From sequence record MF001362.1: a stretch of 32,000 nucleotides of DNA; one strand, written 5' to 3'. Position 1 is the first letter of the stretch, and every line of letters starts with the position of its first letter. Under the pieces are notes generated by a model that made no database searches, was not told the origin of the DNA, and saw only the letters and a program-made list of their open reading frames with translations. Source of the DNA: Salmonella phage SP1. Shown here one piece after another: positions 15,040 to 24,649 of this stretch. Position numbers and translations under genes: made by a program.

Positions 15040-18036
15040 ATGACTGTTTTCTATACGAACGTTGCCCGACAGGGTAACGACCTTCTGATTCGTATTGCAG
15101 ACGACAACGGCAATCGCCGTATGTTGCGTAAGAAATTCGAACCCACCTTGTATTTACCCACAGCCGATTATTCCAAAGTTGAAAAGATTGGCCTCCTCAA
15201 TGAACCGTTGGTGTCTAAAAAATTTGCGTCAATGCGTGACGCCGACAACTATCTGGAGGAATATAAGGAGGTCGAAGGCGCTGCCGTTTACGGACAAACG
15301 GATTATGCATATCAATTCATAGCGCATAGTTTTCCTGGGATGATTACCCCCGATTACTCAAATATTCACATCGCCAACGTGGATATCGAAGTTTTCTCGG
15401 CTGGGTGGCGCGATGGAGAAATGACTAAAGGCCCATTTCCTCACGCGACGATTGAATCCCACACGTTTAAGGGGAGCGAGGCGCGTGTTCGCCGATTCCA
15501 TAAGCAAGTGTTGGCCAACCATGATTTCGTTCGAGAGCACTTCCCAGGTTCCTTTATTTCCAACAACGTGACTGACCAGTTCCCTATCATTGATAGTAAT
15601 GGTAAGATCACACAGAACATGAATGCAGCCTTCCCTATTACGCTCATCCAGCTTCAAGACATGAATACCAACAAGTTCTATGTCTGGGGTATGCCGTGCT
15701 CTAAGGATCGCCATAAATTCAAATATGATCCAAATGATGAAGAGATAGGTGGTCTTGAGGTTGAATACAAAGAATACACGACTGAACAAGAACTTCTTCG
15801 CGCCTTCTTAGATTATTGGTCTGAACGTCAATTTGATGGTTGGACTGGCTGGAACATCGAAACGTTTGATAGCCCGTACTTGGTTGAACGTATTACGCAG
15901 GTTCTCGGCGAAACCCAGGCAGAGCGCCTCAGTCCTTGGGGCAAACTCAAGAAACGTTTCATCAAAGACCGTAAAGGCGACGTGACTTCTTATCAATTCG
16001 TGGGTTGTCCTATGATGGACTACATGCAAGTTTACAAGAAACACACGTACACAACCCGCGAAAAATACTCACTGGATTGGATCGCTTATTGTGAACTCGG
16101 TGAGAAGAAGTTGGATTATAGTGAAAGCAAGTCATTGTATGATCTATATTTTAATGATTATTGCAAACACACCCGATATGGTATCAAAGACGTCAAACTC
16201 GTGTGGCGTTTAGAACAAAAGCTGCGTTTGATACAGTTGATGTTCGTATTGGCGTATCGCACCAAATCTAACTATGAAGACGGTCTGGGGACTGTAGCAC
16301 CATGGCTGGCGATGTGTTACTATCGTCTTTATGAAAAAGGGATTGTCCCTAAAATACAGCGTGTATATGATGGTCCAACGGACTTTGAAGGCGCATATGT
16401 CATGGAGGTTGCACCAGGGATATATTTCTGGGTATTCTCTGAGGACTTAAACTCCCTGTATCCCCACATCATACAGCAATACAACCTTGGTCCTGAGACT
16501 ATCGTTTCTGACAAGCACACACGTCGCGATATCATTGAGTCCATGTGTGAGGAATTAACCAAAGCGATGAATGATATGACAACGCCTATGAACAAGCGCC
16601 GTCATCTCAAAAATCTTCATGACAAGCTGCAGCGTGCTATTGATGAACGCATACAAGTTGTTGATGAATTGGTCGCGCTGGGTGAATTCCATTTTGAAAC
16701 GTTACGCCGTTATAACGTTTCTTTTACCCCGAACGTTCAGTTCTTCAGTAATGAGAAGATGTCCTTCCTTTCCGAAATTATGCGAGGCATATACGCTGAC
16801 CGTAAAGGCGAGAAAGCAACTGGCCTGAAGTATGAGCAATGGGCTGGTTGGTGTAAGGAAATGTCTAAAGGTGATTTCCACCTTGAATCTGCCATGAAGT
16901 CTCGTTTCTACGATCCTGAATGGTATGAAGAACACAAGCATATCGACCTTGATCACCTGACTGAAGTCATGCATAAGTGGGAAGATTTGGGAGTTGCCCA
17001 AGATACGTTACAACAAGGTCTGAAGATCTTGATGAACGCAGGATATGGCGCAATTTCTAACGTCTGGTTTAAAGAATACTTCAACATCAACATCGCTGAA
17101 GCAATTACCACTTCCGGCCAGCTGATCAATAAATGGAACAAACGCCACACTGATGATTATCTGAACAAACTTTGTGGTACTACTGGTCAGGATTTTGTTA
17201 TCGCGGGTGATACTGACTCCAACTACATTTGCATTGAACGCCTGGTCAAGCAATTATGGCCTGATGAAAAGGATCATCATAAACTTGTTGATAACATCGA
17301 CCAATGGATCAAAGAGAATTACCAGCCAAAAACCAGTGAATGGGCGCAGTTGTTGTGTAATACCATGAACGGGTTTGAGCAGCGCATGGTCTGGGAACGT
17401 GAGGTCATCGCATCGTCTGCTGTATGGCGAGCCAAGAAGATGTATTGCATGGCAGTATACGATAGCGAAGGCATCAAGTATGAGAAACCAAAGATCAAAT
17501 TCAAAGGTCTGGAAGCGCGTAAATCTACAACGCCGGAATGGTGTCGTGAGCGTCTGGTTAAATGCTATGAGAAAGTCCTGCTGGGGACGGAGGCTGAAGT
17601 TCAGGAATTGATCGCGGGTTATAAGAAGGAATATATGGAATTAACCGTGGATGATATTGCTCAAGCCTCTGGCGTTAGTGATATTGAGAAGTGGTTAGAC
17701 GCGAACGGGAATTATATCAGCGGTACACACTTTGCTGCCAAGGCTTGTATTATGTACAACAAGCTGATCGATAAGCACGAAGATCTCGGTCTTCCCCCTA
17801 TCGAATCCGGTGATAAGGTTAAAATCATCAACCTGAAACCTGGCAATCCTGTGGGGAATGATCGCATAGCCTTCCCTGACTTCCTTCCTCCAGAATTGGG
17901 ATTGGATAAATGGGTGGATTACCACACCACGTTTGAAAAGACCTTCATAGAGCCAATTCAGTCTATCTTGGATGTGGTTGGTTGGTCTCATAAACGTCGA
18001 GTTAATCTGTTGTCCATGATGGGCAAGAAAGGTTGA
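15040..18036 (+). CDS. family B DNA polymerase
   Basis: Start MTVFYTNVARQG with CGGAG upstream. Exo I NVDIEVF, Exo II GWNIETFDSPYL, motif A LNSLYPHII, motif B ILMNAGYGAISN, motif C AGDTDSNY. Confidence 0.95.
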   Translation: MTVFYTNVARQGNDLLIRIADDNGNRRMLRKKFEPTLYLPTADYSKVEKIGLLNEPLVSKKFASMRDADNYLEEYKEVEGAAVYGQTDYAYQFIAHSFPGMITPDYSNIHIANVDIEVFSAGWRDGEMTKGPFPHATIESHTFKGSEARVRRFHKQVLANHDFVREHFPGSFISNNVTDQFPIIDSNGKITQNMNAAFPITLIQLQDMNTNKFYVWGMPCSKDRHKFKYDPNDEEIGGLEVEYKEYTTEQELLRAFLDYWSERQFDGWTGWNIETFDSPYLVERITQVLGETQAERLSPWGKLKKRFIKDRKGDVTSYQFVGCPMMDYMQVYKKHTYTTREKYSLDWIAYCELGEKKLDYSESKSLYDLYFNDYCKHTRYGIKDVKLVWRLEQKLRLIQLMFVLAYRTKSNYEDGLGTVAPWLAMCYYRLYEKGIVPKIQRVYDGPTDFEGAYVMEVAPGIYFWVFSEDLNSLYPHIIQQYNLGPETIVSDKHTRRDIIESMCEELTKAMNDMTTPMNKRRHLKNLHDKLQRAIDERIQVVDELVALGEFHFETLRRYNVSFTPNVQFFSNEKMSFLSEIMRGIYADRKGEKATGLKYEQWAGWCKEMSKGDFHLESAMKSRFYDPEWYEEHKHIDLDHLTEVMHKWEDLGVAQDTLQQGLKILMNAGYGAISNVWFKEYFNINIAEAITTSGQLINKWNKRHTDDYLNKLCGTTGQDFVIAGDTDSNYICIERLVKQLWPDEKDHHKLVDNIDQWIKENYQPKTSEWAQLLCNTMNGFEQRMVWEREVIASSAVWRAKKMYCMAVYDSEGIKYEKPKIKFKGLEARKSTTPEWCRERLVKCYEKVLLGTEAEVQELIAGYKKEYMELTVDDIAQASGVSDIEKWLDANGNYISGTHFAAKACIMYNKLIDKHEDLGLPPIESGDKVKIINLKPGNPVGNDRIAFPDFLPPELGLDKWVDYHTTFEKTFIEPIQSILDVVGWSHKRRVNLLSMMGKKG

Positions 18037-18047
18037 TTCAATAAACC

Positions 18048-18081
18048 AAAGGGGGATATAATTCCCCCTGTTATCCCTTTG
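18048..18081 (+). terminator. candidate terminator hairpin after DNA polymerase
   Basis: AAAGGGG(G)AT ... ATCCCCTTT. Confidence 0.45.
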
Positions 18082-18096
18082 ACAACAGGTATTGTT

Positions 18097-18441
18097 ATGA
18101 AACTCAATAAGATTCTTCTGGTGTGTGCTCTGGCTTTCTCTACCACTGCATGCTCTACCCTTCTGGACGTTGCGTCTACTGTTGACCTCGATGCGCCGAC
18201 GTTCACCAATCAGCAAGCGGTGAATAAGATGGAAGACACCATCAAGGCACATGCAGCTTTGGACAACACCACTCCTGGTCCGTTGCAAACTGTTTGCAAT
18301 TATGATGATTCCATCCAGGAAGATGAAACCTATCACTGCACCACTTACGTGAAGGAATCTTCTGTGGTTCTGTATGCAGATTGCACAGAAGAGCAATGCA
18401 CCGCAACTGGTTATGATCAAGTGGAGAAGTCTGATGAATAA
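18097..18441 (+). CDS. lipoprotein
   Basis: MKLNKILLVCALAFSTTACS: signal peptide plus lipobox. Confidence 0.7.
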   Translation: MKLNKILLVCALAFSTTACSTLLDVASTVDLDAPTFTNQQAVNKMEDTIKAHAALDNTTPGPLQTVCNYDDSIQEDETYHCTTYVKESSVVLYADCTEEQCTATGYDQVEKSDE

Positions 18442-19216
18442 TCATGTTGGTCTGTATGATGCCAATTCTAAAATCGGTGGAATGTATCGTATCCTGGTAG
18501 ACGTAGACTTGACTTTGGTTGATAGCCTCTCCCCTTGGGTGGATTGGTTTAATATTTCCAATTCAAAAGCTGCTGCTGAAAACATGGGTTGCCATGATTA
18601 TCCCAATGATTTCCAGCGTATCACCAAAGAGTGCTATATGGCTCATGCTGGTGATTTGGCGATCCTCATGCGGGAACGCGCTCACCCAGCATGGTTGACA
18701 CGCCGTGTGTTTGTTGCTGGTCAATGGATGGATTCACCTACAGGACGTGATCCTATGGATTGGTGGCGCATGCCGGACCTGTATGCCAAGATGAACCCGC
18801 TTCCAGGTGCTTACGAGTTCCTGGTGAATCTGAAGAAGATCCTACTCGAAGACTTTGAAAATGTTGAATTGATCGCAGTATCTAAGTGTGAGCCAGAACA
18901 CGAGCGCAGCAAGCGCCAGTTTGTCTATGACAAGTTCCCTGGCATCTTCAACGGGTTTGTCAGCACCGACGAAAAGCATCTTTTGGCAGGTGATGTTTTA
19001 ATTGATGATAACCCGAAATACGTTGAACCCTGTGCGATGAACAATATTTTTGTCATCTTTGTTCCTCAGGGAAATTATGAAAAACTGGATCTTTCGAACT
19101 CGGAAGATATGCTTTATATTAAACCAGTAGAAGGCCAGAACCACTTCGACTTCCTGAACCGTAATATTGTCGAAGTGGTGAATCGCCTGATTGGCCATTA
19201 TCAATACGTCCGTTGA
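18434..19216 (+). CDS. HAD-superfamily 5'(3')-deoxyribonucleotidase-like protein
   Basis: ILVDVDLTLVDSLSPWVDWFN (HAD motif I), AVSKCEPEHERSKRQF, DVLIDDNPKYVEPC (motif IV). Confidence 0.65.
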   Translation: MNNHVGLYDANSKIGGMYRILVDVDLTLVDSLSPWVDWFNISNSKAAAENMGCHDYPNDFQRITKECYMAHAGDLAILMRERAHPAWLTRRVFVAGQWMDSPTGRDPMDWWRMPDLYAKMNPLPGAYEFLVNLKKILLEDFENVELIAVSKCEPEHERSKRQFVYDKFPGIFNGFVSTDEKHLLAGDVLIDDNPKYVEPCAMNNIFVIFVPQGNYEKLDLSNSEDMLYIKPVEGQNHFDFLNRNIVEVVNRLIGHYQYVR

Positions 19217-19226
19217 GGAGGACATC

Positions 19227-19532
19227 GTGCAAGAACAATCTAAGTTTGGGGAAACCCCAGACAAGCGTTCCGGTGATAGCGATATGGATGGCGTTATTAT
19301 CCATGTGAACAACTTCATTCGTAAACAAACCACACCCACTTCCGTTGGTGCGGCGCTGGAGTTAAAGCGTGTTCTGATAGAAAACGGTATGGCACCAGAT
19401 GACGATGAAATTTTCTATAACTTTGAAGACCAGTATAAAGTGAAGTTTGTAGAAAACGAACGTCCACAGGTTGCTGTTTTCTGGTCTCCCTGGTTGGGCG
19501 GTGTGAGCTGGCGTATTGAGGAAGATGCATAA
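19227..19532 (+). CDS. hypothetical protein (GTG start)
   Basis: GAGGAGG 6 nt upstream of GTG at 19227: (M)QEQSKFGETPDK... Confidence 0.65.
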   Translation: MQEQSKFGETPDKRSGDSDMDGVIIHVNNFIRKQTTPTSVGAALELKRVLIENGMAPDDDEIFYNFEDQYKVKFVENERPQVAVFWSPWLGGVSWRIEEDA

Positions 19533-20437
19533 TGGCTAAAATAATTGTAGTGAAAGGAACATCTGGCACGGGTAAAGGCACCCGTGTTGTTCAGTTCATC
19601 GAATGGCTCCGCACTAAGCTGGAGCCTACTGAACTCACCTACACCATTGGTGACAAGACGCGCCCATTCGGCCTGAAATTCGAAGAGCTGAAGTTAATCT
19701 TCGTCGGCCAGTATACCGTGTCCAACAAATCCGGTCTGGCTTCCTGGACTTCCATGGACGCCATCCACGCCGCCACAGGCTCGGGTGATATCGCCCGTGA
19801 TCTGGTCAAAGGCTGGCTGGCTCAGGGTTACACTTTGGTGTGCGAGGGTGAACCCCTCATGCTGTCAGATAAATGGCGTCCTGAATGGATGTTCAAGAAC
19901 TATCCGATTGAATCTCTGGCGTTGCTTTATTTTGCATACCCAGACCGCTATCAGTATGATGCGCGCATCCGTGGTCGCTCTGGTAAGGAAGCAGGGGACT
20001 CCGGCTGGTCACGCAACGAATCTTACTCCAAAGAGTTTGAGAAGTCGAAAGCTGAAATGCTGGTGCTGGGTTGGGAAGTGGTGGTCAATGACTACAGCGG
20101 GCAAGACGTGTTGTATCGCCAATCGTCTACAAACACTCAAGAATTCAAAACAGGAAATGATAGCGAATTAGCCATGATGCCGTTTGATGCACCTTTGTGG
20201 GTGATTGGCAACGCTATTCATCATCAAATGCGTGGTGAGTTTCACGCCATGGGTCTGGACATCAAAGATTTCTACGGATTCTGTGAAACTGACCCAATGA
20301 CGCGTGAAGTCGGTGGGGATGATCCTCTAGCGCATCGAGTCCCTGAGAAGGCGACCAAATCTAAAACCAAGGCGAGCGCCAAGGGAGAGGTAACAAAGTC
20401 CTCTGTATCCCTTCTCGGCCTGTTGAGTAAGGGTTAG
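19532..20437 (+). CDS. P-loop nucleotide kinase, candidate 5-hmdU DNA kinase
   Basis: MAKIIVVKGTSGTGKGTRVVQFIEWLRT (Walker A); SNKSGLASWTSMDAIHAATGSGDIARDLV; TLVCEGEPLMLSDKWRPEWMF. Confidence 0.65.
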   Translation: MAKIIVVKGTSGTGKGTRVVQFIEWLRTKLEPTELTYTIGDKTRPFGLKFEELKLIFVGQYTVSNKSGLASWTSMDAIHAATGSGDIARDLVKGWLAQGYTLVCEGEPLMLSDKWRPEWMFKNYPIESLALLYFAYPDRYQYDARIRGRSGKEAGDSGWSRNESYSKEFEKSKAEMLVLGWEVVVNDYSGQDVLYRQSSTNTQEFKTGNDSELAMMPFDAPLWVIGNAIHHQMRGEFHAMGLDIKDFYGFCETDPMTREVGGDDPLAHRVPEKATKSKTKASAKGEVTKSSVSLLGLLSKG

Positions 20438-20439
20438 AA

Positions 20440-20643
20440 ATGAAACAGATGTCTAAATATTTTGTGTTCGTCGGATTGGTGATGTGTATCACAGCTGTGC
20501 TTGTCGGTGTCATGAAATATTTGGGCATCGTTGAGTTGGATTCAACCGAAATATTGAACGTTTACGCGTTATATTATTTGGGGGGTGCTATCTTATTAAC
20601 GCCTTTCGTCTATAACATAATTCAGAGTTTCAAAAGGAATTAA
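20440..20643 (+). CDS. small membrane protein
   Basis: 67-aa ORF with two hydrophobic segments. Confidence 0.65.
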   Translation: MKQMSKYFVFVGLVMCITAVLVGVMKYLGIVELDSTEILNVYALYYLGGAILLTPFVYNIIQSFKRN

Positions 20644-20644
20644 A

Positions 20645-21031
20645 ATGAAAATCCTCATTCCACGCAACGTTGTCGCTGTTGCTATTGATTACCGTGGTGA
20701 TGCGAAGATGATTAACGCTGTCCGTTATTATCCGGAACAGAATAAAATCGTCCCACAATTTCAACTGAATACCAATCCTTCTTCTAAGGATTTCGGTTCT
20801 TGGCGTCAGGTGGGTTTGGCTCGTACCCAAGTCAATGCCCAGCATTTTATTTCCGAAAAGACGAAAACCGCCAAGCAAATTTGGTTGGTGACGAATGATC
20901 GTCGTTTCCTGCCTATCTGGTCTCTGGGACAGCCCGTAGTAAGCCCCGAAGAAATTCATCTGGCTCCCGAAGCTGAGCCTGAAGTTGTTTCTCCTGTAGA
21001 GGAAGCGAAAGATGAAAATCAAGCAGGTTGA
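20645..21031 (+). CDS. hypothetical protein
   Basis: 128-aa ORF, closely packed in the operon. Confidence 0.75.
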   Translation: MKILIPRNVVAVAIDYRGDAKMINAVRYYPEQNKIVPQFQLNTNPSSKDFGSWRQVGLARTQVNAQHFISEKTKTAKQIWLVTNDRRFLPIWSLGQPVVSPEEIHLAPEAEPEVVSPVEEAKDENQAG

Positions 21032-21197
21032 TTTTATCTTCATGATGTTGATGTTCGTTATCTTTACGGTTTCGCTGGTCGGCGTCATGGTCACAGAAGG
21101 GGTGCAACAGCGCCCATTCTTGGTGATCTGTCCAGTATCGATCGCCACTTTCTTCTATCTGGCGTTCCGTGTTGAACTCGGGAGTAAAATCGGATGA
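21012..21197 (+). CDS. small membrane protein
   Basis: 61-aa ORF, two hydrophobic segments, overlaps neighbours as in coupled phage genes. Confidence 0.65.
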   Translation: MKIKQVDFIFMMLMFVIFTVSLVGVMVTEGVQQRPFLVICPVSIATFFYLAFRVELGSKIG

Positions 21198-22435
21198 TAC
21201 ACATTTCTAAAATGCCGCAGGGATATAAAGCCCCTGAAAAATGGAAATACCCGATTGATCTGGCAGTAGATTATCGTAAGCCAGAAAATCGCATGTACCT
21301 GCTCAAGGCATGGGTGGAGGCGCTATCCTACACTGAAGAGCATAACCAGCAAGTCCGTCTGATGGATTATGCCATCGAGGTTACAGAAGGCATCACACAG
21401 CTCGAAAAGATCGAGCGCAAGATTTGGATGGCCTTTTTGTGGGGGTGTTGCTATAATGGGATTGGACCATGGACAATTTACAGTGAATTTCCTGTACCCC
21501 CACAATCTCCGAAAGAGTTTCAGCGATTTTCTGATTGGTATAACCTGAACTTTGATCGTATGCGCTTCGATACAGATTGTCGTTATCGTAAGTCGAAAAT
21601 GATTCCGTGCGTTCAGTCCTATATCGATTGGTTGGGTGGTAAAACCCAAATGGATTCTTTTCGTTGGATGTTGGAATGCACTACCAAGGAAGACCAGTTC
21701 ACCGAACTGTGGAATACGGCGATGTCATGGAAATACTTCGGTCGCCTGAGCGCCTGGAACTTCCTGGAAGCCCTGAACATGGTCTTCGGTAACATATGGG
21801 ATATAGACGTCCCTGGGTTCATGTTGCGTGACCGTGATGGTAGCGAATCCAATCGTAACGGCGCGGCGTTCTTATCCAACCGTGATGATTGGGTGACCAA
21901 GCACGGGAAGAAAAAGATTAACGGTTGTCCTATTACAGACGAAGAATGTGATATACTCGAAACCGACCTTGAGAAAGCGTTTCAGGAATGCGTTGAAGAG
22001 TTTGGCCACATCACGTTTATCAATCGTCTGAACTTTGAGACCTCCGGTGCTTGTTGGCTGAAGAAATTCTTCCGACTGAAGAATACCCGTTACATCGGGT
22101 GGGACGCCGAGCGTACATGGGACGAGATCGATTATATGGAACGTATTTGGCCTGAATACTCCTGTGCACCTCTCTGGGAAGCCCGTTCACTCTGGCTACC
22201 AGATACCCTGTTATGTGAGAAAGCTCCTGCAGGGCACGTTCCAGGCGTCCAGAAGTGGAAGATGCCTGTGTTCTTTGAGACGGGTGTTCCTCTACATATC
22301 TGGCATTTACAGCAGGGCACACGTTGGGAACCGTCTGAGGTTTGTTTGTCAGTTGGTAAATTGGACACCATGAGCCGAAATGGTACTGTGTATCCTTCTA
22401 AAAGTGTGAACCTCATGACACTCTTGAAACGCTGA
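21194..22435 (+). CDS. putative DNA base hypermodification protein (helical, aGPT-Pplase/AADNT-like) - tentative
   Basis: GRLSAWNFLEALNMVFG...DVPGFMLRDRDGSESNRNGAAFLSNRDDWVTKHG with a helical, Trp-rich composition; assignment from memory of family style plus gene context. Confidence 0.4.
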   Translation: MIHISKMPQGYKAPEKWKYPIDLAVDYRKPENRMYLLKAWVEALSYTEEHNQQVRLMDYAIEVTEGITQLEKIERKIWMAFLWGCCYNGIGPWTIYSEFPVPPQSPKEFQRFSDWYNLNFDRMRFDTDCRYRKSKMIPCVQSYIDWLGGKTQMDSFRWMLECTTKEDQFTELWNTAMSWKYFGRLSAWNFLEALNMVFGNIWDIDVPGFMLRDRDGSESNRNGAAFLSNRDDWVTKHGKKKINGCPITDEECDILETDLEKAFQECVEEFGHITFINRLNFETSGACWLKKFFRLKNTRYIGWDAERTWDEIDYMERIWPEYSCAPLWEARSLWLPDTLLCEKAPAGHVPGVQKWKMPVFFETGVPLHIWHLQQGTRWEPSEVCLSVGKLDTMSRNGTVYPSKSVNLMTLLKR

Positions 22436-22443
22436 TATAAATA
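22436..22443 (+). promoter_or_regulatory. T4-type late promoter core TATAAATA
   Basis: Exact TATAAATA directly after the stop of the previous gene, 27 nt before the ATG at 22471. Confidence 0.5.
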
Positions 22444-22470
22444 TCCTCGCTATAAAGTGAGGATATTATC

Positions 22471-22638
22471 ATGTTACAAGATCTGCTGGTTTATGCGCTT
22501 CCTGGTGTGGTTGTTGGCTTCATCGCTGGCGCTCTGGTCTTCCGTAAACACGCGCAAGACGGTGAAGTGATTGTTCAGAAGGGTAAAGACATCCTGGAAC
22601 AAATCGAAGCCAAACTGGACGAGCTGAAGAAAAAGTAA
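22471..22638 (+). CDS. small membrane-anchored protein (55 aa)
   Basis: MLQDLLVYALPGVVVGFIAGALVFRKHAQDGEVIVQKGKDILEQIEAKLDELKKK*; not in the supplied track. Confidence 0.65.
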   Translation: MLQDLLVYALPGVVVGFIAGALVFRKHAQDGEVIVQKGKDILEQIEAKLDELKKK

Positions 22639-22663
22639 TCTGATTGCGATTGCGTTCTTCAAT

Positions 22664-22707
22664 AAAGGGGAATGGGTTATTATTAGCCCGTTCCCCTTTC
22701 TTTTTGC
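22664..22707 (+). terminator. Rho-independent terminator
   Basis: AAAGGGGAATGGG ... CCCGTTCCCCTTTCTTTTT. Confidence 0.9.
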
Positions 22708-22720
22708 AAGGATTGATTTT

Positions 22721-22912
22721 ATGACACCTCAATACAAAATATTGGTCACCAGCCGTTGTTATGCTTATGGACAGGGTGAAGCAATATCAGTACACACAGT
22801 TGTAGTTGATTTTGAAAACAAAGAACAAGCAGATTTGGCATTCTACAATATGCAGCAGAGCACAGCTCCTGCCGATATTGGCGTTAAACAAGTTTATACG
22901 AAATTATACTGA
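22721..22912 (+). CDS. hypothetical protein
   Basis: 63-aa ORF. Confidence 0.6.
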   Translation: MTPQYKILVTSRCYAYGQGEAISVHTVVVDFENKEQADLAFYNMQQSTAPADIGVKQVYTKLY

Positions 22913-22923
22913 GGTCCTATATC

Positions 22924-23145
22924 ATGGCAATGCAACGAATTGAAGACATGTCTGTGCTCGATATGGAAGCGACATTTGGCGACTATTTTGAATCTACCCC
23001 GAAACAAGAAAAAGGTCATCTGGTAGTGTCGGAAGAGTTCGCACAAAAAGTTCAAGATACGCTTCCGACTAAATTGAACGGTGGGCAAGGCGGTTTCCGT
23101 CGCGGTGAACTGAATATCATCTGTGCCGGAGGGATTACGAGATGA
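22924..23145 (+). CDS. small protein with C-terminal helicase-like RRGELNIICAGG segment
   Basis: 73-aa ORF; ends GGFRRGELNIICAGGITR. Confidence 0.6.
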   Translation: MAMQRIEDMSVLDMEATFGDYFESTPKQEKGHLVVSEEFAQKVQDTLPTKLNGGQGGFRRGELNIICAGGITR

Positions 23146-23528
23146 AGCGCCCCGAATACAAACAATATTTGTACGATCTGTTCATGAAAGAAACGGATGG
23201 TGCGCTCCACCCTAAGAAAGCGACTATTGTTAAATTGCATTCTGAAGGTGATTTGTCTATAGCATATATCCGAAAAGAACTAGATTTGATGGGAATCGAA
23301 TATGAAGACCATATCACGGATACACGTGCTTTAAAAAGAGCAACAGCAATCGTTCTTCATACCGTTGCAACAATTATGCATCGCCACCATGTTTCTTTTG
23401 ACGATGCAATGACTCCACAGTATCATGAAGAACGTTGGGATCTGTTGTTGAAAAATGGGGCTAAATCTGAGCATAAAAATCAACTTCTTGGTATGACGAA
23501 GGAACAACTCGTGGATGGTGTGTTATGA
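23142..23528 (+). CDS. hypothetical protein
   Basis: 128-aa ORF overlapping both neighbours by 4 nt. Confidence 0.7.
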   Translation: MKRPEYKQYLYDLFMKETDGALHPKKATIVKLHSEGDLSIAYIRKELDLMGIEYEDHITDTRALKRATAIVLHTVATIMHRHHVSFDDAMTPQYHEERWDLLLKNGAKSEHKNQLLGMTKEQLVDGVL

Positions 23529-24634
23529 TTTACCTTCTGTTTGTGGTTCCTGTAATTTTGGCCATCTTGTTTGTGATATATCACCGAAAGACTCATGAGC
23601 CAAAGGAGACTTTGATCGCCACGGCCATTGTTATCGTATTATCTTGCCTTATCCAGTCGGGATTATATGCTGCTTTCTCCCTTGGTAGTTCTGGGGACGT
23701 GGAAATCCTGAATGGATATGTAACTGATAAGCAACGGAATAAGGTGGGTTGTGAACATTCTTATGAATGTATGTGTTATTACACAACATCTTGTACAGGT
23801 TCAGGAAATAACCGATCTTGTACACAAACGCGTCATTGCAGCACATGCTATGAGCACTCTTATGACGTTGATTGGGACGTATTAACAACCGTCGGTGATC
23901 TGAGCATTGACCGTATTGATCGTCAGGGTACTACAGAGCCTCCGCGTTGGGCACAAGTTAAAATCGGGGAACCTGCGGCACGTGAACATTCATATATGAA
24001 TTATGTGCTGGGCAACAAAGATTCATTATTCTCTAAATCTGACCAGCAATTCGCTGAGAAGTTCAAAGAGCATATCCCTTCATATCCGAGGGTGTATGAT
24101 TATTACCGAGTAACTCGTGTTCTGAATATGTCAGGGATGGACATTCCTGTTGATTACTGGAATGACTATCTGAACAATACTCTGAAAACATTAGGTGCTT
24201 CACGTCAGGTTAATATCGTTTGGGTTGTGACTTCTGGCCAGCCTGTTGAATATTTTCAGGGACTTCTATATGCATGGTCCGGCGGTAAAAAGAATGATGT
24301 TATTGTAGTCACCGATATTTCAAAGGATATGAAAATTAATTGGGGTAAGTCTACGTCATTTGCCGACGGCATGAACAACATGGAACTCCATTCTCGTAAC
24401 GGACTTTCATTGACTGGGAAACCAATGGGCATATCCGTGTTCCAAGAAGTTGCGGTCAATATCAGTAAGGGATACAACCGAGTTGAGATGAAGGAAATGG
24501 AATATCTGAAATGGCGAGATCTTAAAACTTGGGAAGTGATTATCGTCGTGCTGTTTGGATGTATCCCATTTACCGCAGTTTTCATATTAGGCCGCATGCA
24601 GTACAATGGTCGAACTTATAAACGTTTGTTTTAA
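23525..24634 (+). CDS. membrane protein with Cys-rich domain
   Basis: Two N-terminal TM segments, CEHSYECMCYYTTSCTGSGNNRSCTQTRHCSTCYEH cluster, C-terminal TM. Confidence 0.75.
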   Translation: MIYLLFVVPVILAILFVIYHRKTHEPKETLIATAIVIVLSCLIQSGLYAAFSLGSSGDVEILNGYVTDKQRNKVGCEHSYECMCYYTTSCTGSGNNRSCTQTRHCSTCYEHSYDVDWDVLTTVGDLSIDRIDRQGTTEPPRWAQVKIGEPAAREHSYMNYVLGNKDSLFSKSDQQFAEKFKEHIPSYPRVYDYYRVTRVLNMSGMDIPVDYWNDYLNNTLKTLGASRQVNIVWVVTSGQPVEYFQGLLYAWSGGKKNDVIVVTDISKDMKINWGKSTSFADGMNNMELHSRNGLSLTGKPMGISVFQEVAVNISKGYNRVEMKEMEYLKWRDLKTWEVIIVVLFGCIPFTAVFILGRMQYNGRTYKRLF

Positions 24635-24649
24635 CAAGAGGAAGTAAAG

